Assembly: GCA_048772705.1 (NCBI GenBank)
Contig: JBLWGC010000109.1
Span: forward strand, 124,001 to 188,000
DNA: 64,000 bases
Direction: 5' to 3'
DNA from: Leidyana gryllorum EB-2025a
Lineage: Eukaryota; Protista; Apicomplexa
A program made the position numbers and the translations under genes. The notes beneath the pieces are model-generated. The model was not told where the DNA came from. It saw only the letters and a list, made by a program, of their open reading frames with translations, and made no database searches. This document shows positions 34,599 through 47,300 of this stretch, in pieces (the stretch's first letter is position 1; the number at the start of each line of letters is the position of its first letter).

Positions 34599-36831
34599 TT
34601 AGGACAGAACTTGTTGGGTCGAGGCGGGAATGGATCTTGGGATCGACCTATCACGCTCGGCTTCATTGGGCACCAAGGGGGGTTTGGGCAGCATTATTCG
34701 TGGACTGGGGCTAGGACTTATGATCTTTTGTCCTTGATACAATGATCTGTGCAGACCCACTGCCTGACCCACACTGTCAAGTCGTTGGGGCATGAAGACA
34801 GGCTCCGCCTCATCTATCCGGAGGGCGGGCGTAAAAGATTGACGCCAATCTGCTGGGGGAGTCGCGACATAGGGTTGGACACTGCCCTGCCGCGTCAGCG
34901 CTGCAGGGAAGGGCTTTCCAGGAGAGAACGAGGCTGATGTCCGTTCGACACTTCCAGTCGGGCCAGGAGACGCCGTACTGGGAGTAAGGACCCGCGACGG
35001 AGTCATTGTGTGTCTTGCAGGAACACCACTCGTGTTCGCTTGCGAGCGGCTCCTTCTGAAACTGTTTTCCCAGTCCTTGTGGTACTTTTCTTGATTGGTG
35101 CGCCAATAGCGTCCCTTGTGCGCCTGCATACCATGAACAGCCAACGCCGCTTCTGCCTGCCACGCGGTCACATAATCGTCACGGCGAGGGAGCCAATTGG
35201 ATTCTGAGAAGCATCTGTGTTAGGAGGCGAGTGGTTGTTACCTTTGCGAGCCAGTTGGCTGGTTTCGGTGGCATCCGAGTATCGGAGCTTGGTGGAATGG
35301 CCGTGGAGAGGATAGAACACAAAGTCACTCAAAGCTGAGCCACTGGGACGGAAGAATGTGATTTCCGAGGTCTGATTCAACTTGGACAGTCCTTGCCTAC
35401 GAATATTCGGAAGCGGAGGATAAGGATGAGAATGTTGCTGAGCCACTTACTTGCTCCGAATAGTATCGATAGCCCGTTCGAGAGCAGCCGCTAAGGACTT
35501 CCATGAGACCGTTTTATCTCCATTGAAACTTCTGACGCTACCAATGACACAGTCGCTCATAGCCTTGACAAGTGCCCACGTAAAAACGCCTGTTTCAGGT
35601 ATTGTGAGTGTTGCCACTTATCATCAGTGACCTACCGTGAACAACTGGTTTGTTCGCGGGGATAACGGGGAGGGAGCTCAATTCCCCTTTATTGGATACG
35701 GAGCGCAGGCCAATAGAGGGTAGCCGCGCTTCAACAGCCACTTGATCGAAAGCTGAAAGGCGGGCGAAATGGTGAGAGCCTATGCGCAATGGGAGAACTT
35801 ACGCGCAGCCACCAGTAAGAAGCCCTTAGCACGACCGAGGCCGCGTCCAGCAGGAGCAGGCTCGGTTAGATCAGCCGAATTACTGACTTCGACACCGGGA
35901 ACAAACCGTGGTCTTACATCCAGCTTGCGCATCGCAGGATGCATCCACACATTCGAGTCATACTTTGCTCCTGCGGATAAGGGAAGATGTGGGATGAGCC
36001 AGCCACATCAGTGATGAGGTCTTACTTTCCATTTTGTCTGTGGGATCAGTGAAGAAAGGCCATACACCTTTCTGCTTGACCCCCCGGATATATTTCCATT
36101 TGCCTGTGCCTGCTGGATCTAGCATGGTCTGGCCACCAGTACAGTCCAGGAAGACGCTGATTTGCACGTCTTCTTCGACGGACATGAGTATCTGTGGGTA
36201 CGGGTGGGGTTGTGGTTGATTTGGTGGGACGGAACTTACATTGCGTAAGCCGACCGCTGTCATCGCATTGACCTCGCCGTCTTTGTGGGAGCAATCGATT
36301 GGGAGGATGCATTCGTCATATCCTTCGCCCTCCCAGCCAGACATATTGTCGACTTGCAGTCCATGGCCGGCGAAGTAGAAGACCAGAATGTCGCCAGGGA
36401 TGGCGCCGGTGATGAGCCATTTTAGCCCACTGGCGCGTGGATGGTGGGAAAGCTGAGTTTTGGCGTACTTACAGAGCAATGTGGGTCCGAACTGGAAGTT
36501 GACTGCCTCCCAAGGAAAAGAATGATTGTTTGTCCAGGTCGTCGGCATGCAGGAGGGTTTCATCGGGCGTGACATCGGTTAGGAGAAGAATGTTCTTCGG
36601 GTGGAACTCCCAGAGGTTGGTCAATGCGAGGGCAAAGAGATGCGCATCATTAACAGCACCTTTGAGGCGAATATTGCCGGACTCGGCATAGTTGCACCCG
36701 ACGACCAGTGCTCGTCGACGCGGTTTACGGCGAGGTGGGAGTTGCTCTGGCACACTCACCGACCGCTGGCGACTTTCAGGAGTGGGTTTGTCCCGCGAAC
36801 GTCCCTTCTTCTTGGTTTCTGGTGCATTCAT
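34599..36831 (-). CDS. Metacaspase-like protein (C14), atypical catalytic site (multi-exon)
   Basis: RRALVVGCNY..LKGAVNDA, LKWL...GDILVFYFAGHG, GYDECILPID, FLDCTGGQTMLD, GVFTWAL. Start uncertain. Confidence 0.85.
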
Positions 36832-37202
36832 TGTAAGGCCCTGCCAAAGGTGCACGAATTAGCTACCATGTTTTTGGAGACCCACCTCCACTAACGAATG
36901 AGCTCGAAGCCTCTCTTCAGCTTTAATGTAGTCGATCAGTAAGAGAAACTCCAAGTAATGTCCAGAGGTTCTTCAGGCCATCGCCTCACCGTTTGTCCAC
37001 CGCGCGAAACTGTCCCCGCACGTCGACTACGACCCGATATGCGTGAGTGTGTGCGCAGACGGCTTTCGATATCGTGCATAGAGCCCGCCAAGCCGCCAGT
37101 AATCGGGAGAATACCCGCATCAAGGCGCTGCAACGAGTTTTGTCAGTTGACTATCCACCCACTTTTCGGTCTGAAGATCCACCGCCCGCTCGATCACCCC
37201 TA

Positions 37203-38508
37203 ATGCAAGTCGTCCCCATTTTAGCCAAGACGCTCGTCTTTGTTCTGGTGTTATTGCTGATATACTTCTGCTACTGTCATCACGATAAAGCTCTCACGCT
37301 TCTCACACAATGCTTAGAATTGGTGAGAAACACTGGAATACCTCGCGCGCGAGACACTGTCGTCAATCCACAGCGACATAACCTCGGCCATTGGTATCCT
37401 TTCCTCTTCCTTCTTCTCCATGTGACTTCGGTGGTCTGCTTTCTTCCGGCTGAGATACTGGTGAGACTCATTTTCCGCCAGCACTGCTCTTTTCATCATC
37501 TCGTTGCCATTCGCAAGTGTAGACCATTTGCGGAGGGTTCATATTCACCTATCAAACCGGCTATGGCTTCGCCCGTGAGTCGTTCTTGCCGGCTTGGCGG
37601 CCTCTCCGCCCCGGGATGATCCTTTCTGCACAGTGGGACTATTACTGGCGGTATCCGTAGCAATGACGAGTCTGACCATAGGTGACCACTTTTGGTCCAC
37701 GTTACACAGCCACATGTTCTCATGCGACAGTTTCTACGATCCATTTCGCGATAGGCCGTTACGGCTTGCGCTCCTGGGCTGAGAATATCGTCGAATGGTC
37801 GGGAACCGCTCGGCTTCTCAAAGACGCTGTCAATGAGGGTGGACTTATTGCGGCCATAATGGTACGATTGGTCCCCATCCTCCCATTTGGGGTGAGCAAT
37901 TTTGTTGATCACACCCGCTGGACGGCTGTTTACGCAGCTCGGGAGTCTGATGTTAGGGATGACAGATCTTCCTGCACTCGTTGTCATATGCAGTGTTGTG
38001 GGCGCATTACCTCGTAAGCGAGAGACAATGCCTCATGTTCGACCCGCAACATGGCACAGTCACTTCTTTCTTCTGCTGGATCGGTTCGCAAATGGACGGG
38101 TTGACGTCTATTCTGCATGGCCACGCTGTCGGTGAGCCGCCGGAGATCCGCAAGTGGCTGTTGAATATACAGAAACAGGTTTCGACTTTCGATCCAGGCG
38201 CGGGGTCGCTTTCATTGGTATCAGCGCCTTCACAGTGATTGTGAGTTGCACTTCCGAGTCGCTATTTCATCGCTGTCACTGTCCTGCATCAGCTCACTGT
38301 GGCCTACTTTGCGTATTTACTAAAAGGCCGCGGACGCCGGGAGGAACAACTGCGTTCGAGACTGCTCTCCCAAAAGTTTGGTGAACCGGTCAGCTTAGAT
38401 CTGATGTCAATCTCATCTCATCGAGGGTCTCCTCGAGGGTCACCTCGAACGCATATCAAACGTTTCCCAGTGAGAAGGAGGAAGCGATCGAGTGTACATC
38501 AACGCTGA
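37203..38508 (+). CDS. TVP38/TMEM64 (SNARE-associated, DedA/VTT domain) membrane protein (multi-exon)
   Basis: Several TM segments; CFLP, FAIGRY and MVRLVPILPFG motifs. Confidence 0.82.
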
Positions 38509-38797
38509 TCTAATTTCTGCAGAGCGGAATGGTGGCGGTTTGGGTCAATCCCACATCGCCCAAATGAAGAAAATGAACACTGGTCGCGGAGTCTATTCGA
38601 ATCAATATTTCCACTAATTCGCAGCTCGTCTCGGGAACTTATGGAAGCTGGGCACTGCTCGATCTCGGCCGATCGCCGTGTGCTCCGAGATACCACCGCA
38701 CTGCGATCGGGCTCTGGATGCCCTGCTGATGTTGCGGTGAGATGTGCAACACATTTATCCTCCCTGCCCGCCGATCCAATCGTGTGGGGGTCACAGC

Positions 38798-41277
38798 ATG
38801 CGTCTTGAAGTCTTAGTATATGTACTGAGTTGGACGACGATATGGGCCCAGGAAGATCTTGTTACTCTTCCGCGATGTGGTCGCCCGGCCAACACCACCT
38901 GTCCATCTTTCTTTTCACGTGGTCTGTCAATTTTGGATGGGCTTGATGATCGTACTATCGACGATGTGCGAGCGACCATTTCTAGTGAGAGTGGAAACTG
39001 TGAATGAAACACTACCATTTTCATTCAGTGCGCAACATATCAGAGGTTCATACTAGTTACAGCTTCAATGCAGTCCGACTTGAACCCATTTGGAGTGAAG
39101 AAGAAGAAGCTATCGCTCGATATTATAACGCGTCGGCGGCCCCCACTAACAGCTTGGGGCCACTGGGACCCAACCACGACACCTATCCGGTGGTTATACC
39201 GGCCGATATGGGAGAGTATTTCTACTACGGCAGTATCGAGGACACAGCTCATGCCAAGGAGATCTTGATGTCCAGCACATTCCAAGCGCGCGCTGTGTGT
39301 GGTCTACCGAGTACCATCGTGGCCGTCTTGGATGGACGTCTGAGTTGCATAACACCCGATAATGGAATGAACGCTCACGCCGATACGTGTAGCGGAGACA
39401 GTAAGACAATGCGAAAAGCACACGCGCCAACACACACACTTCTTGCTGCAGTGTCTCGGCAATTTCTGGCGTGGCAAGCTGTTTGTTTCCCCAGTCAGGA
39501 CATTATGGTCATTTTGGGTACCCCGAATTATCTGGAGTCTGGGCGTGTCCTGGCTGTGTTTGCCACTGATCCTGACGTAGCGAATCCTCCATTCGATGCC
39601 GATCAGATGACCAGCATATACAACCAATGTGAGAGTAGCACTTTGTACCAACGATTTCACCGACACTTTGTGTGTCCCTCTCGGCAGTCAGAACACAGGG
39701 TGCGATGACAGGAGTCAGTAACGGTCGAGCTGTCGCTCTGCTCAGTCACTCCTTCGATCTCTGGTTTTGGGGGAACGCAGATTATGGGGGAGCCCGAGTT
39801 GATGATACAGCTAGGGTCATTCAGGATGTCGACGTAGTCGTCGCCAGCAGTTTGGGATTTGCCGTACTGAAACACAATCGGTTGGTGGAGACGTGGGGGA
39901 ACTTTCCGGCAGATTCAGTTCCCGACGTGGTCCGTAACAGGAGTGAAATGGTGAGGCGCGACTGATGGATGGATGAGCCGTCGTCACCTCACTATTAGGT
40001 GGAGAAACTGGTTGCGTTGCCCACTCAGCAATGCTTTGCGGTCATCTTGGAGAGCGGTAAGGTGGCTACTTGGGGAGGAGACAACGGAGCCTCGTATTGC
40101 CGTATGACTGCGAGAGGCACCAACTCTGATGTCATATACTATAACGACGTGAAGGTATGGGGGCATAGCTCCTCGGTTCCATTGATTGATTGTACCTGAC
40201 AGGAGCGGCTGGAAGCCGAGTCGACCAATGTGGTGGACATTGTGTTGACCGATGAGGCTATAATGGCAATGTTGGACAACGGAGAGGCGATAGTTTGGGG
40301 GGCAGCAGCAGCTGGAGGCAAAGTTCCGAACGAATTGGTACTTCGAAATCTAAAAACAGAATCTGAATCTTATGCCAGTTCGCAAGGTGCTTTTGCCGCA
40401 ACCCAAACAGTGAGTCTGATGAGGTGAATAGAGAGTGCGGATATGTAGGATGGCCGCGTCATTGCGTGGGGAGCGGAGTCCTACGGCGGGTCCACGACAG
40501 CCATCGTGACCGAAGCTGCCAACCAGATTCAATCCATCCGCGTAAGATTGATTTGTCGCGGCAACGGAGACCATTGTGCTGTTGCAGGCGGGACGATACT
40601 ACTTTACCGGCCTTTTGCGGAACGGCGGATGGGTACTTTGGAATGGTGGGCCCCAAGGAACCTACGGGAAGAATGAGTTTATCGAGTCTGATCGATATGA
40701 CTGGGAGGTCCAGCGAGTGATCCCACTCCTCGAGGGAGTGTTCATTACCCTTCGTAAGTGGAGAGGAGGAGATGCTGTTGGATTGATCACAATGATTGAT
40801 TTCTTCTTCAGGGATCCCGTGTGAGTATTCGGAGTGGGAGTGGGGCGAATGTGACGAGGAGACGTAAGCATTGTGGATAGACAGACTGACATTTTGGTGG
40901 ACAGGAACACTCGAGAGCGGTGGAGATCTGTGATTGTGAGCCCAGTGAATGACCGATGCGACGAGCCACGTGAGTGTTTGAGGCCAAGTGGCTGGTGGTT
41001 GACGGGTGATGTGTCTGTTGGCAGTGCGAGAAGTGGACGAATGCTCGACGACGACGGAGCCGACGACGACAACGCCCAAGGAGAAAGCGAAATTCCAATG
41101 GAACGCTTGTGAGTGTAGTCTGAGTTGTGAAGAAATAATGATTGATGCCGCCCACAAACAGTCAACGTGACCGCAATAGCGCTGGGAGCCGTGGGGGTAG
41201 TGGGTGTGCTAATTTTTCTCGTTCATTGTCTTAGACACAGATCTACACGGTCAGATCGGTCGCCCGAGCACCTCTAA
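38798..41277 (+). CDS. Type I membrane protein with RCC1/BLIP-II-like repeats (multi-exon)
   Basis: Signal peptide; repeats FAVLKHNRLVETWG, FAVILESGKVATWG, MAMLDNGEAIVWG, FAATQTDGRVIAWG; TM IALGAVGVVGVLIFLV; stop at 41275-41277. Confidence 0.7.
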
Positions 41278-41300
41278 TCGGCTCCTTTTTTTAGTGCGAA

Positions 41301-44300
41301 ATGGATCAGCAGGCTTGGAAAGAAGACGATGGGGCGGCTCGCAAGGAGAACAATTTCTTCTATCGCACCACCAGATATGACACGGTGGAGCTATGGCATA
41401 AATCTGTCGACGGTTCGTTAAACACCCCCACTGCGACACCAATGGAGCTCTTGCGGCCCGAGGTAGGTGACGGCGGTTGACAAACACTGACTGACGGGTG
41501 TGCTCTCTCCCTTTCGATGCAGATAGACGTAGCATTTCCGCGGCTGGATTACTCTCAGGGGAAGCGACTCAGGCGTCGCCGCGCTCGGACAGCAGCAGCA
41601 AACAGCAAGACGACGAGTACAGCTAAGGTCCCTGAAGTGATAATCCCGGACACCCCCGTAGCCGTTCCGACGATTGTTTCCGGAACTGGAAACACAACAA
41701 CAACCACACAGTGGCACAGACCACCTTCTGTATCCCCTCCGCGGGGCGGTGGCGGTGGCGGCGGATCGTCGCGTTTCCGCACGCCTCCGACGACGACCAC
41801 CACCTATCACACCACTGCCCGCCCGACGGCAACGCCGCTCGAATGCCCGATTGACAAGAGTGCGGCGACAGCCTTTCAACAATCACCTCTGTGGTCCATA
41901 CCCCAAGTAGCTCCCAGCGTGCATACAACTACAACGACGACCAGAGTGAATAAACCAGCGGTCCTGGAGTCGATTATGCCAGAGATTCGCCCGTTCGACG
42001 ATGGTCACCGGTTTGTCACCCATCTACATGAGACCGTCTCACATCATCAAGAGACCGTGCAACCGCCAATTGTTTCTTCTTCTCATCACACTGAAACGGT
42101 ATCGCAGGTTCCGTTGGTGGCGGCATCGTCACACCATCACCACGACGTCGTACATCGTCATGAAATTCCGGTAGTCTCGCATCATCACGAGAGCGTCACT
42201 GTGCCCCTGGGCTCGTATGAAGTTCCCTTAGTATGTACCCAACATCACGAAGTACCCCTAGTTTCACACCGCCCCGCTGCTGCTAATAGCTCTACTGCTG
42301 AAGTACCTCTCGTCTCCCACCACACCACACTCGTGTCGTCCGCCGCCGGCACACAGGTACCCTTACCGACCACTGTCGAGTATCGGACCTCCACAGAGAT
42401 ACACTCCGAGACGAGGACTTCCGACCCGGCTGCCACCCGTTCTTCCACAAGCACTAGGCGGCCTCAGCCAGGCGCTGTGCCTATTCGAGCCGAGCAGCCC
42501 GTTGAGGTACCCACTCAAGCACCGTCACCCGAGCAGACTCTCAACCAGCATCACGTGCGGGTTGAGGACATTTACTACAGCTCCTACGAAATCAGAAACG
42601 AAGTCCAAACCCAACCACCTTCTGGAGCTGCTGGCAGTGAAGCGGCTCATCAGGTATCCGTGCCACCTCCAGGAGACGGCGTCTCTGCTGGTCACCGACC
42701 CACCTCCCGCTTGAGTCGGGTGGTGACGGAAATAGTCACCGATGGTATTAATTTGACCGGTGGCCAACACGAGATCGTGGTAGATTCGGATCGTCTGGAG
42801 ATGATTGATCTCTCCCTCCCCAGTGGCGGTAAACAGGGCTATTCACGAACTGCCACAGAGATTGTCAGAAATGTCAACAATGTCAACACTGCTAACACTC
42901 ATCAGCAGCCCCTTTCCCAAGCTCAGTCGGCCGCACGTCGTCCACTCCATTCAACTGTATCTTCGCAGACACACATAACCACTCATGCGAACACGTCGCC
43001 GGCTGACACAACAAGCCCACGACCTTCGCCCGCCCTCGCCACAGGGACGGCCTCGACGACAGAGACAAAGAAGACCACTAAACCTACCGACTCAACGACG
43101 ACCACCGCTCCCCATCTGCCGTTCAACACTGTGACGACGACAACGACGACGACTACAACTGGTGCCGCCGCCGGTAACACAAACACCAAAACCACTGAGA
43201 CGGGTGCGACAAAGAAGACTCGTCCTCACGGGTCCACCACCACTTCCACCAACATATTCACGGAGCAGCAGCTGCATCATCTTCAAGAGTCGCCGTCTAT
43301 CGTCACCGATACTCTGAAGCAGACGGCAACGAAACAGTCGAAGACCACTAAAAAGGCGCAGCACTCAACCACCACGTCGTATGTCGCCCACGCCGTGCAG
43401 GATGTGAACGTGACCTGTACGACACAGGCCCAAGCCCACGCCCAAAACAACAACAGCTCGTCCAAGACACATACAAGCGCCACACACGCGACACACACTG
43501 CCCAAGACGTCACTGTTATCCAAAGCATAGCTCAACAGGAGGAGCATCACCACTCGACTGCGGCGCACATTGTTCCCCAAGGACAAAATAAGAATGTCTT
43601 TGACGCACATATAGTGCAGAATGTGACTGTTGCATCCGAGCAAAGGGAAAGGAATTCAAGTGGTACACCGCAAAGTGTAACACAGCCCGCGACTCAAAAA
43701 CCGGAACCCAAGACAACGTCTCGGGCGCCTGACAAAATCATTTTGGAAGACATACATCACCAGACCTATTCCACCGTCTACGAAACTACCAACACCAACA
43801 ATTGCACCGGAGTAGGAGTTGGTGTCGGAGTGGAGGATCGCATACAGCGACCTCAATTAAGTTTGAAGGGAATTTTGTCCGTCACGGTGTTGCCGAGTCC
43901 CCATAGTGATCGAAATCTATCTGCACATGAGCCCGTCTACTCAGTACCGTCTGAAGAATTCGATCTGGATCCCATGCTCACACAAGGGTCCGAAGGCCCC
44001 CAGCCATCTGTGATCTCCACAGCTGGCGTTGAAGACTTAGAGTTGATTATTCAAGAGCAAAACATTGAGTGCCCTGTGTCTCCTCGTCGGGCAGATAGCA
44101 GTGACAAGGCCACAGAAGTCCAGAGGGAGGACGAAACCGCCACTGCTCTCAAAGATCACACATATGTTACCACTCAAACACAATTTATTGAGACAGGCAT
44201 CACACTCCACGACGAAAGTCCCGAGTCTACTGTTGGTCACACGGCTAACGTCAACGTCGTCGTTGGAACTCACCAAACCAATCTTGTCGTTCAACAAGAA

Positions 44301-47300
44301 GATGAGAGTAGCCCTCCAGCACCTCTCGCCTCTAACAACAAAGATTACAAGTTGGAAGGAGTCCACGTTGAAATTGTGGAGAACGTCGAGGTCATTGCTC
44401 GAAATCAGAACGTTGACACATCGTACACTATCGAATCCCCGGCCTATGTTGGACCCACTGTGACCCACGACGGAGATGGTGTGAGTGTTTCTGACGATGA
44501 GGCCTATGTCGACATCAAAGAGCACATTGTCATCGCCACCGACCACGGTAGAGTTGAACAAACAGAACTTTCTGCCTATCTCGGGCCCCAACATTCCCCC
44601 GACACAGAAGAGGAAGATAACATTTCAATCACTTCTGACGATCGCGAGTTCGTCGACACTAAACAGCACATTGTAATCGATACCGAGCAGCGAGTGGACG
44701 AGGACGCCGTCTCCATCACCTCCGACGATCGCGAGTTCGTGGACACTAAACAGCACATTGTAATCGATACCGAGCAGCGGGTCGATGTCGAAGTGGACGA
44801 AGGCAATGTCTCCGTCAACTCTGAGGACCGCGAGTTCGTCGACACTAAGCAGCACGTTGTCATCGATACCGAGCAGCGGGTGGACGGAGACGCCGTCTCC
44901 GTCAACTCTGAGGACCGCGAGTTCGTCGACACTAAACAGCACATTGTAATCGATACCGAGCAGCGGGTGGACGGAGACGCCGTCTCCGTCAACTCTGAGG
45001 ACCGCGAGTTCGTCGACACTAAACAGCACATTGTCATCGAGAGTGAAAGCCCGGAGGTTCGGGAGGAGGTTTATGTGGAGATCAGCGCAGATGAGGACGT
45101 ACGTTCAGATCAGTCTCCTACTCCCCGTGTGCTTGAAGAAGAATCCAAGTCAGTGGCGTCAGAAAAGACCGGAGGGACGACTCCAGAGCAACCAGTCACC
45201 AGCAGCGACAAAATACCTCTCGAAGACGACGAGGCCCCTTCTGCCGAGATGATTTCGTCGGAAGAGGAAGAGTCCCACTCAGAAGTATCGGAGAACGTCT
45301 CAGCGAAGCCATTGGAAGAAGAGAGTCCCGTATCGGAGACAGCTGAGGAGACAGCGCCTCCGTATGCAGGCCCCCAAGACTTGGGCGAGGTATCGGAGGT
45401 CGAAGAGTCTGTTGACCAGGAAGACGTCGAGTTTGTGGACAACAAGCAGCACATCGTTATTCATACCGAGGAGGTCAGTTTGGTGAGGGAGAAGGAGGTT
45501 AAGGAGTCATCTCTCGTCGTGGAGACAACGACCGAACCGCATCCAGCAGTAGCTGAGAGTGACACCGAGGAGTCTAATGTCCCGATCGTTGCCCGACGTG
45601 AAACTGAAGAGGAGCAGGAGGAGGAGGCGTATGTGGAGATTGCGGATACACACGTTATCAGTAATCATTCCGAGGACGATGGGGAGCAGATCGAAGAAGA
45701 CGTCCCGGTGTATTTGGGTCCACAAAGTCGGAGCGACAGTTCGGGTGATCTGAGATCTGACGAGGAGTTTGATGAAACTTTCGTCGATCAAAAACAACAC
45801 ATTCTGATAGAAACTACTGAAGATCGCAGGGAAGAGACCGTTGTCAATCGCAATCAGCACACTGTCGTTCCAGCTGCTGATGAGGAAATCGATAACGTTT
45901 CTGTGAACAGCAGTGAGAAACTTCTCGAGGAGTTGCCGTCATCTGAGAACGAAGTGATGTCTGAGGACGACGAGATTCCCGTCAAAGAATTGGAACCACT
46001 CGATGATGACGAGGACGACGTGCTATCGGCAGATCGGCGATTAGAGTCAGATGATGGCCAAATCTCTCAGCAGTCGTCCGAAAAAGTTCTTCCCGAGACA
46101 AAGACAGTGAAAGAGGTTACCGAAGTGGTGGAAGTCACAGTCGTTCACCACGACGTTACAGAGGAGGAGGCATCCGACGACGACGGTTTCCTGCCCAGTG
46201 AGGAGCGCAAAGTCCTCCAGTCAAGTGGAAGTGATATTGAGCAGTTATCTGAGATCACTTCAAAGTCGGTCGCGGACAGTGGGGAGGAGAGAATCGGTTC
46301 GTTGCCCGACGCTCTTCCGGATGAGTCGATTGATGATGAGAGAATTGCACTCGGATCATCAGATTGCGACAATGAGATTACCACCAATGAGCAGAGCGCG
46401 GTGATCATTGTCGAGGAAGAGGAGGGAAGCAGTGTGGTCAAAGTGGTCACATCCGCTCCCGAGCCGCGGCCGGAGTCTGTCTCTCCAACTGACGAGGAGG
46501 AGCTTCCAGCCGAACAGCGCTCGTCCCACAGTGATCTGAGAGCTGACTCGGATATCGAGAATGACTCTTCTTCTTCGGTTCATCCGGCCACATCTCACGA
46601 GGGGACGATACTGTCCCCAACCGTTGTTGTAAAGCTGCCACAGGTGGTGCCACAGGTGGAGCCCTCTGAGACTCCATTGGTCGACGACGTGGACGAGTCA
46701 GAAAGCGAGCTGTTATCGGCGAGACTCGATGACGAGTCGGAAGGAGACGAGGCTCAAGTGACGCCTGTCCATCACCCAGCAGAATCTGACATTGAAGAAG
46801 CTGATCTCGAGGAGGACCTCTTGTCGTTGGAGGAAGATGAGCCCGGCTCTCCAGAGGGAACGGACGTCATCGAGCAAAAGTTGTCGGTTCCCACGGGAAG
46901 TGTACAGGAAGAGGTCTCGGTCGTCATCACCGAGGAGGAGAGTACGCCCGTGGTGAAAGTGGTGCCCTCCTTCCCCACGGAAACAGACGAACCGCGACCC
47001 GACTCCTCCCTGCTGACCGAAGAGGAGAGTGACTTAGTCTCGGATCGCTCTGCCGAGCAGAACGAAAAGGTGCCCGTGACTCAGCCTGCTGAGTCTCGCC
47101 CGCCTTCTGTCGGTCACGAGAGTGAGTCGCTGCAGGAATCGGATCTGCTCGGGACGCCGACGAGAGAGGAAGAGGAGGCGGAGGCTTCAGAGTTGTCGGA
47201 AGACAACGAGTCTCTTGAGGACACACTTATGACCCCGGAGGATATCCAGACGCCCACGAGTCGGGTCGATGAGTCCGCGGACAGATTCTCGATGGAGAAA

